IMG/VR virus record: IMGVR_UViG_2531839531_000011
Direction: 5' to 3' (one strand)
Length of the DNA: 38,542 nt
DNA from: a virus
Lineage: Duplodnaviria > Heunggongvirae > Uroviricota > Caudoviricetes
Below, piece by piece: positions 1 to 6,124 of this stretch. The position numbers and the translations under genes were made by a program. The first letter of the stretch is position 1, and the number at the start of each line of letters is the position of its first letter. A model generated the notes under the pieces. It did no database searches. It saw nothing but the letters and a program-made list of their open reading frames with translations, and was not told where the DNA came from.

Positions 1-1020
1 TTAATCCCCCGTGGACACTGCGTGGACACTTACGCCACCTTTCAGCGGATTAAGGGCCACCGCATCCTGCAGGTAATCCGGTGCAAAATGTGCATATGCC
101 ATTGTTTGCTGAATGGTTGCGTGACCAAGAGTCTTCTGAAGCGCAATAATGTTTCCTCCGTTCATCACAAAATGGCTGGCGAACGTATGCCGCAGCACAT
201 GTGCAGCCTGGCCTTTTGGCAAATCGGGCTTAACTCTTTTCAGCGCCAGACAGAATTCCCGGTACTTCACCTCAAACAAGCCGCCTGTTTCTCTGGTTTT
301 GATCGCCTCACAAACTGCCTGCGAAATTGGCACCGTTCTCTTCCGACCATTTTTGGTTTCAAGAAACGTTACACGGTTATGAACTATCTGTTCACCACGA
401 AGCTTACAAGCTTCACTCCAGCGCGCCCCTGTGCTTAAACACAAAAGCGCAACACGCCAGTAGTCGCCCTCCAGTGTATCGAGCAATAGCGCTACTTCCT
501 TCTGGGACAGGAAAGCCATTTCTCGCGGGGATACATAAAGAATAGAAATCCCCCTTACCGGATGCTCTGCATCCCAGAGGCCTATTTTCTTCAGTACGGT
601 AAACATTCCGGATAACCGATTCATGTATCTGTTAGCAGATGACGGTTTCAATCCATCAGCTATCTTTTGAGAACGCCACGCGATAATTTTCAGCTTATCA
701 AGATCCACAGCCTGCATATCAGCGCCAAGCTCATTGATTATGTTGCGCAGTTGTTTTCGGTCTTCTTCCGCCTTACGCCTGTGCTGGCCGTGATACATCC
801 ACCACAACTCAAGCAAATCATTTAGCGTTCGACGATCACGGTAGCCCTGTATATATTCCCGCTTTTCAGCGTTCGCCATGATGTAGCGTTCAGTGGCCAC
901 CGCTACCGATTTTTTGTCAAATACCTTACGTACGCGCTTTCCCTTGCGTCCGTTCGGCCTGATGTCCAGCAAATAACGACCATCTTCGAGCTTCTTAATC
1001 GACATTGCGAAGCCCTCCAA
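1..1020 (-). CDS. int: Tyrosine integrase (P2 Int-like); true start may be the internal Met at MSIKKLEDGRY (~1005)
   Basis: 339-aa ORF; C-terminal catalytic-region residues (ARWSE, HVLRHTFASHF, LGHATIQQTMAYAHF) typical of phage integrases; position at prophage end next to repressor. Confidence 0.9.
   Translation of the reverse strand: MEGFAMSIKKLEDGRYLLDIRPNGRKGKRVRKVFDKKSVAVATERYIMANAEKREYIQGYRDRRTLNDLLELWWMYHGQHRRKAEEDRKQLRNIINELGADMQAVDLDKLKIIAWRSQKIADGLKPSSANRYMNRLSGMFTVLKKIGLWDAEHPVRGISILYVSPREMAFLSQKEVALLLDTLEGDYWRVALLCLSTGARWSEACKLRGEQIVHNRVTFLETKNGRKRTVPISQAVCEAIKTRETGGLFEVKYREFCLALKRVKPDLPKGQAAHVLRHTFASHFVMNGGNIIALQKTLGHATIQQTMAYAHFAPDYLQDAVALNPLKGGVSVHAVSTGD
11..28. other. Candidate attL core: 18-bp sequence gtggacactgcgtggaca, repeated directly (17/18) at 37363..37380; lies inside the last codons of int
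   Basis: Direct repeat seen by eye at both prophage ends; not statistically tested. Confidence 0.35.
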
Positions 1021-1101
1021 TGAACCGCTCTACAATTTCTCCAGCCTCTTTCCAGCAATAATCAGACCAGACAAAAAGCAGGTCTAACCAGTTTTCTGGC
1101 C

Positions 1102-1689
1102 TCAGCGGGGTAATTTTTGTTTTGTTTCGGTTGAACTCTGATCGCCCTCCAAACTGGAGAAGCCATCAAGAGAGAGAGGCGGAGCAATCTGCCCCGTCGC
1201 AGCATTAGTTTGATTAAACATTACCCAATCCGAATACTTCCGAAAACGGGGATGATTCAAAATCAGGAGTAGCGTTTCTCCAGGCATCATTCTTCCCAAT
1301 ATTTCATAATTTTTGAGATTGTTTTGAGATACCCCTGTCATCTCTTCCATCGCTCTACGCGACAATCCCTCTGCCTCTCGAATCAGGCGGAGTTTTTCTC
1401 CAAGCTCAGATACCACTTCAGATCCATTACCAGCCAATGGCGTGGGTTCAATTTGCCCATTATCTGGAGACACTTGCCCAGTCATAAGCCAAAGCGCGTA
1501 TTTTTTGAACCTATCAACCTGTAAAACTCGCTCAACCAACTCTGCTCTAGCAGGCTGATGACCTGTTTCATATTTCTGAATAGTATTAAGTGGAATCCCT
1601 GTAATATCAGAGAATTGACGTCTGCTTAACTCTTCCGCCTCCCTCATTCTCATGAGTCTTTGCGAATAGTCTATTGACACGTTTCTCAT
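1102..1689 (-). CDS. Immunity repressor candidate with two tandem XRE-type helix-turn-helix domains (ORF extends to 1737; start at MRNVSIDY preferred)
   Basis: Duplicated motif (LSRRQFSDITGIPLNTIQKYETG and LSRRAMEEMTGVSQNNLKNYEILG); aaggag RBS before second ATG; divergent from cox-like gene. Confidence 0.7.
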   Translation of the reverse strand: MRNVSIDYSQRLMRMREAEELSRRQFSDITGIPLNTIQKYETGHQPARAELVERVLQVDRFKKYALWLMTGQVSPDNGQIEPTPLAGNGSEVVSELGEKLRLIREAEGLSRRAMEEMTGVSQNNLKNYEILGRMMPGETLLLILNHPRFRKYSDWVMFNQTNAATGQIAPPLSLDGFSSLEGDQSSTETKQKLPR

Positions 1690-1739
1690 GCGAGAAATAT
1701 ACTCCTTTCTAAATTGAGAAATGCAAGAACAACTCAAAT

Positions 1740-1779
1740 AGCCAAAATAAGCCTATATAAGCCATTTTTAGCCATTTGG
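1740..1779. promoter_or_regulatory. Four exactly tandem 10-bp repeats (AGCCAAAATA AGCCTATATA AGCCATTTTT AGCCATTTGG) in the divergent repressor/cox switch region; candidate operator
   Basis: Read directly; 10-bp helical phasing; P2-type C and Cox proteins are known to bind direct repeats. Confidence 0.5.
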
Positions 1780-1801
1780 ACGAATTAAGGAGATTACCAC
1801 A

Positions 1802-2089
1802 ATGAGCGAATCAGAGCTTGAGGGGTTCATTCAGGTAGCACCATATCCACTTGAAGCGGTGCCATATCAACTATTTGCCAAGATGATTGGCCGCAAAGAA
1901 TCAACCGTCAGAACCATGATTGACGCAGCAAAGTTACCAACGATTGACTTTGTAAAACCGGGTTCAGCAAAGACGCGAGCATCAGAAAACTGGGTATATC
2001 TGCCAGCATTTAACGCAGGTATGCGCAAAGCATTTTTTGATCAGCCGAAAGAGCGCCGCGACGCATGGTTGCTCTGGCTGGGTCTTTGA
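1802..2089 (+). CDS. cox: Cox/Apl-like excisionase and switch regulator
   Basis: 95 aa; AGGAG RBS; motifs WVYLPAFN and WLLWLGL resemble recalled P2 Cox; divergent from repressor. Confidence 0.65.
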   Translation: MSESELEGFIQVAPYPLEAVPYQLFAKMIGRKESTVRTMIDAAKLPTIDFVKPGSAKTRASENWVYLPAFNAGMRKAFFDQPKERRDAWLLWLGL

Positions 2090-2100
2090 CGAGGATTTTT

Positions 2101-2442
2101 ATGAGACAACAACGTAATTCACGCTTTCGCAATGGCGCAGAACGCCATGCTAACCGTTTCGCTACCAGCGCATCACGTAGCAGCTCTCGCTACAGCCTGA
2201 GCGAAACACACGCAACGCCGGATGGCTACCCCGTAAAACAAATCGGCGAACACGCCTGGCTGATTGAGAAAGCTGGAATCGTGGTCCACAAATGCCCGCG
2301 TAATCCGTTTACCGGAAGCCGCATTTTTGCCCTGAGCAGCGGCGACAATCAGTTCGGACAGGATTTCACATTATACGAAGCACTACGCACGGTTGATCGT
2401 CTGCTTCGCGGGCAAAGTTTTATTAAACAGGCTGATTTATAA
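2101..2442 (+). CDS. Hypothetical early protein (113 aa, basic N-terminus)
   Basis: ORF in early operon, start MRQQRNSRF; no recognisable domain. Confidence 0.55.
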   Translation: MRQQRNSRFRNGAERHANRFATSASRSSSRYSLSETHATPDGYPVKQIGEHAWLIEKAGIVVHKCPRNPFTGSRIFALSSGDNQFGQDFTLYEALRTVDRLLRGQSFIKQADL

Positions 2443-2452
2443 CAGGTGCTTT

Positions 2453-2740
2453 ATGACTAAAGACCATGCACAAGGTGTATTTATCCGTTTTATTGATTTT
2501 CGCGGTGAACTGTTATTACGTGCATCCGCTATTGATGGAGTGACTCCGGCGGGTAAAAACGGAGCCGACGAAGCCACTTACGTTTATCTGAACGGTACGC
2601 GACTGCTTGTGGAACTTCCGCACCAGACCGTACGAGAAATCATTAGCGAAGCTGAAAAGGCACGCCAGGTTCATGGCGATGAACCCTATATCGAAATTAT
2701 TTGTATGGATTCAGAAGCTGAAATCCAGAAAGCAGATTAA
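2453..2740 (+). CDS. Hypothetical early protein (95 aa)
   Basis: ORF with in-frame ATG at MTKDHAQGVF; co-oriented in early operon. Confidence 0.55.
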   Translation: MTKDHAQGVFIRFIDFRGELLLRASAIDGVTPAGKNGADEATYVYLNGTRLLVELPHQTVREIISEAEKARQVHGDEPYIEIICMDSEAEIQKAD

Positions 2741-2751
2741 AGGGTGTTGCG

Positions 2752-2994
2752 ATGGGCAAAGAATATAAAACTCTCATTAACAAAGCACTTGAGCGTTTTT
2801 ATTTTCGCTTAAGCGCATCAGGCACTCATGCTGAACGTGCAGCCCGTGACTCATTGACCAGGGCAATCCGGAGTCTGTATGACGTGGCTTTTTACGCTGA
2901 TGATCTGGATGCACTTAACGAACTTTCTGAGCTTATCTGCGCCGCAGAATGCGGGGAACATATTGAACCGTATAAGCTGGGGAATATCGCATGA
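2752..2994 (+). CDS. Hypothetical early protein (80 aa)
   Basis: ORF MGKEYKTLINKALERF; stop overlaps next ATG. Confidence 0.5.
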   Translation: MGKEYKTLINKALERFYFRLSASGTHAERAARDSLTRAIRSLYDVAFYADDLDALNELSELICAAECGEHIEPYKLGNIA

Positions 2995-3104
2995 GTATAT
3001 TTATCTCATGGCTTGTTATGATTATTTCGGTGGCCTGCGCCATTGGGATTATGCGAATTATTCATTCAGTAAAAAAGATCGAACGTTTTTTCACTGGTGA
3101 ATAA
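2991..3104 (+). CDS. Small hydrophobic peptide (37 aa, MSIFISWLVMIISVACAIGIMRII...), possible single-pass membrane protein
   Basis: ATGA overlap with upstream stop; hydrophobic core; too short for the ORF track. Confidence 0.3.
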   Translation: MSIFISWLVMIISVACAIGIMRIIHSVKKIERFFTGE

Positions 3105-3196
3105 CCATACAAATAAAACATCAGGTTAAATAAGAAAACGTGAAAACAATCCGCATGCGCGGAGGTATTCGCACACGTAAATAACGGAGATATAAA

Positions 3197-3607
3197 ATGA
3201 ATGCAAAAGAAGAAGGTATTATCAGAGCACTGAAAGAAATTTCAAAGATGGAAAGCGAAGTGGCGAAAAAAGCCGTAGCAAATAATCATATAGACGTCGC
3301 TACCCACACAATGATAGTTGCAAAAGTCACGGCAGAAGCCGCCAAAATCATCGAAGAACAGGGTGCGGAACTTACGCTTTTCAAAACTCAACCAGTCACC
3401 GGACTGGATTTATCTGACACCGGACGCCTTATTTACACAATTGGCTCAGAGCCACAGCGATACACCATTATCGCCGGATTACAGGACAAATACCTGATCA
3501 CTCCTTACCCCATAAGGGAATCAGCGCTTCTGACAAATCTCCACCTGATAGAGCGCTCTCAGGTCGCATTCATTGATGACGCCCAACACACCGTATTTAA
3601 CGCATAG
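3197..3607 (+). CDS. Hypothetical protein (136 aa), first gene of accessory operon
   Basis: GGAG RBS; AT-richer than flanks; no recognisable domain. Confidence 0.55.
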   Translation: MNAKEEGIIRALKEISKMESEVAKKAVANNHIDVATHTMIVAKVTAEAAKIIEEQGAELTLFKTQPVTGLDLSDTGRLIYTIGSEPQRYTIIAGLQDKYLITPYPIRESALLTNLHLIERSQVAFIDDAQHTVFNA

Positions 3608-3633
3608 GGTTACTGGACAAAAAAAGGGGGGCA

Positions 3634-3837
3634 ATGGCAATTAAGCATTTTCCCGTCGTTCGCTTTACCTCCAGAGGACGTGAATACGAAGTCGACGAAC
3701 GCCTGATTACCACTATCGACAAACATCGTTCGGAAAAGGATGCACACCACATCTACCTCACTGACGGCACTTACTTCTGCGCCACCAACGTGGCGCGAGT
3801 AAATCTTATCCGACAGGTACAGGAGCAGCGTAAATGA
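3634..3837 (+). CDS. Hypothetical protein (67 aa)
   Basis: GGGGGG RBS upstream; stop overlaps next start (ATGA). Confidence 0.5.
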   Translation: MAIKHFPVVRFTSRGREYEVDERLITTIDKHRSEKDAHHIYLTDGTYFCATNVARVNLIRQVQEQRK

Positions 3838-4052
3838 GCAGAAGGCGAATCACACGCAGGCATCGCCGCACACACATGAATTCCTTACCGACGCTGAAAG
3901 AACTCATTCAACACGAGATCGCTGATTTCTGCGCAACGCTGGGGTCGCCTGGCGAACCGGAAACACCAGAAGCGATGCAGCGCGAACTCATGATGCGCAT
4001 CGATAACGTTTTTGACTTTTTCCTGAATAACAAAAGAGAGCAATCAACATGA
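3834..4052 (+). CDS. Hypothetical protein (72 aa; alternative start at MNSLPTLKEL)
   Basis: Translationally coupled on both sides (ATGA overlaps). Confidence 0.45.
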   Translation: MSRRRITRRHRRTHMNSLPTLKELIQHEIADFCATLGSPGEPETPEAMQRELMMRIDNVFDFFLNNKREQST

Positions 4053-4252
4053 ACAAAAAGACTTGGTTTCGCGCATACATGTGGGCGCTGGTATGCGTCC
4101 TCATTTCTATCATTCTGTATGCAGGACTACTCCCCCGAATGATTTCATCAGACAGCTCCTTCCTGGTATTGCTGGGCATTTTCATTGCCATGCTGTACCC
4201 GGCAGGCGTTGTTCGCCTTTTCAGTAAGTACATCAAGGAAATCAAACAATGA
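4049..4252 (+). CDS. Small two-helix membrane protein (67 aa)
   Basis: Two hydrophobic segments (WALVCVLISIILYAGLL and FLVLLGIFIAMLYPAGVV); ATGA overlap with SPFH gene. Confidence 0.55.
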   Translation: MNKKTWFRAYMWALVCVLISIILYAGLLPRMISSDSSFLVLLGIFIAMLYPAGVVRLFSKYIKEIKQ

Positions 4253-5079
4253 AGAAATTCAGACTCTTTCAGATTATCCCGCTTTTTGCCGCCATCCTGC
4301 TGGTTGGTTGCGATCGCGTTGAGCCAGGTAATGTGGGCATCAAAGTCAACAAACTGGGCGACGACAAAGGCGTCGGTGAAGTGGTTGGCGTTGGCCGCTA
4401 CTGGACAGGCTGGAATACAGAGGTTTACATCTTCCCGACCTTCAAACAAATGAAGACCTACGATGAGCCGTTCAGCTTCCAGATGAGTGACGGCACAACC
4501 ATCGGCTATCACATCGGTGTGGCCTACAAGGTTGATCCATCCAAAGTTACCACAGTGTTTCAGACCTACCGCAAAGGCGTGGATGACATTACCGACACCG
4601 ACCTGCGCCAGAAGATCGCCGATGCACTCAACCGGCTGGCCAGCAAAATGACCACCGATAAGTTTATCGACGGTGGTAAGTCTGAACTGCTGGATTCAGC
4701 ACTTAAAGATATTCAGGAAGAGATGACCCCCATCGGCATTCAGGTCATGAGCCTCTCTTATGTCGGTAAACCGGAATATCCGCCAACCGTTATCGACAGC
4801 ATTAACGCCAAAGTCACGGCAAACCAGAAAACCCTGCAACGTGAACAGGAAGTCAAGCAACGCGAAGCTGAAGCCAACATGCTGCGCGCAGAAGCTGCCG
4901 GACAGGCCGATGCCATTCGCACAAAAGCCCAGGCTGAAGCCGACGCCATTCGTTTACGCGGCGAAGCTCTGCGCCAGAATCCCGGCGTTATGGAGCTGGA
5001 AGCGATCAACAAATGGAACGGCACGCTGCCGCAATACATGACCAGTAACACCGCTGTTCCGTTCGTTCCCGTGAAGTAA
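4249..5079 (+). CDS. SPFH/Band-7 (stomatin-prohibitin-flotillin-HflK/C-like) lipoprotein
   Basis: 276 aa; signal peptide with lipobox LLVGC; central SPFH-like region; C-terminal Ala/Glu/Gln-rich coiled-coil (EAEANMLRAEAAGQADAIRTKAQAEADAIRLRGEA). Confidence 0.7.
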   Translation: MKKFRLFQIIPLFAAILLVGCDRVEPGNVGIKVNKLGDDKGVGEVVGVGRYWTGWNTEVYIFPTFKQMKTYDEPFSFQMSDGTTIGYHIGVAYKVDPSKVTTVFQTYRKGVDDITDTDLRQKIADALNRLASKMTTDKFIDGGKSELLDSALKDIQEEMTPIGIQVMSLSYVGKPEYPPTVIDSINAKVTANQKTLQREQEVKQREAEANMLRAEAAGQADAIRTKAQAEADAIRLRGEALRQNPGVMELEAINKWNGTLPQYMTSNTAVPFVPVK

Positions 5080-5084
5080 TTAAA

Positions 5085-5130
5085 TCCGGCCAGTGAAAAC
5101 CGCTGGCCGGAGCAGTATCAGGATTTTTTA
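5085..5130 (+). terminator. Hairpin (TCCGGCCAG...CTGGCCGGA, 9-bp stem) followed 13 nt later by TTTTTT; candidate terminator of accessory operon
   Basis: Inverted repeat and T-run read directly. Confidence 0.45.
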
Positions 5131-5307
5131 GTATGCCGTTCTCACAAAAAAACCGCTTGCCATGCCGCAATCAGCCAGGTTACATTTCCGCTGCACCTCA
5201 TAAAACGGGTGCCGGGATTCTCAACCTGCTGACAAACGAAGCGCACAACCGCGCCAGCGGTTTTTTTGTGCGTACTGTATTGCCACGTCTTTTTCGCATC
5301 AGAATTA

Positions 5308-5386
5308 TGGTGGGGCGTACGGGGCCGACTTCGGTCGGGCCGGTTTCTTCGTTTGCCGGTGTTGAGAACCCCGTACGTCTCGCCAC
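5308..5386 (+). ncRNA. Candidate structured RNA element: long-range stem (GGTGGGGCGTACGGGG pairing with CCCCGTACGTCTCGCCACC) enclosing a UUCG-tetraloop hairpin
   Basis: Complementarity seen by eye in a ~320-bp region with no credible ORF; strand and function unknown. Confidence 0.25.
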
Positions 5387-5449
5387 CCCGAGATTCTCAA
5401 CTCTGGTTGGTGAGTATCCAAAAACTCACAAACGAAGAGGCCAAACACC

Positions 5450-5680
5450 ATGGCAAACCGCAAACAGCACCGCACTATCGCGGAGCGTCGTCACATCCAG
5501 ACTGAAATCGATCGCAGACTCACCCGCGCTGCACACATCGCCTTTATCATGCAATCCAACACATTGCACAGACTCAACAGCACTATTTCAGCCGACTACT
5601 GCGCCGCTGTATTCAGCTATCTGGCGGAAGACCTCCTGTCTCTTCAGGATCTCATCCAGCAGCAAAACAAACTCCATTAA
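5450..5680 (+). CDS. Hypothetical protein (76 aa) upstream of replication genes
   Basis: GAAGAGG RBS before ATG; MANRKQHRTIAERRH basic N-terminus. Confidence 0.5.
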   Translation: MANRKQHRTIAERRHIQTEIDRRLTRAAHIAFIMQSNTLHRLNSTISADYCAAVFSYLAEDLLSLQDLIQQQNKLH

Positions 5681-5752
5681 TTCCTGTTCCGGGCCTTTCC
5701 TGCACCTTGCGGCGGGAGGCCTTCGCACATCTGTAACAAGAGGATTGCCGCA

Positions 5753-6118
5753 ATGATTCTCGCCAACGACTTTCTTGAATACCTGCTCAACACAGAGCGT
5801 GATCTTGCCGCTCGCGTGCGTGATCGTTATGACATGTACCTGAAATCCCTGCCTGTACCGCAGCTCGCTGACGGAAAGATTGTTATTGATGGTCGTTACA
5901 TGATTGACAGCCACGAGGGAAATTACAGGCTTTACCGCATTGAAGGTGGCACCCCGTCCGTTATTGGCATTTACCAGCGCCCATCCTCTGCAATCGTCGA
6001 TGTGATTGCCGACAGCATCCGCATCACACATCGCCATGCCGACACAGAAGACACCGTGCTGGAAATTCAGCGGCTGGCTACAGTCTGCCGCGACACCCTG
6101 AATGGCATGACGAAGTAA
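5753..6118 (+). CDS. Hypothetical protein (121 aa) immediately upstream of gene A
   Basis: ORF with start overlapping previous stop region; no domain recognised. Confidence 0.5.
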   Translation: MILANDFLEYLLNTERDLAARVRDRYDMYLKSLPVPQLADGKIVIDGRYMIDSHEGNYRLYRIEGGTPSVIGIYQRPSSAIVDVIADSIRITHRHADTEDTVLEIQRLATVCRDTLNGMTK

Positions 6119-6124
6119 ATCACT

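Noticed and set aside
5308-5386. tRNA-like cloverleaf
   Set aside because: Stem lengths and loops do not fit tRNA geometry and there is no T-loop GTTCRA motif; kept only as a generic structured element
5133-5756. 207-aa plus-strand ORF across the non-coding region
   Set aside because: Pro/Arg/Ser/Thr-rich low-complexity translation, no RBS, overlaps better-supported small genes; region is better explained as structured non-coding DNA
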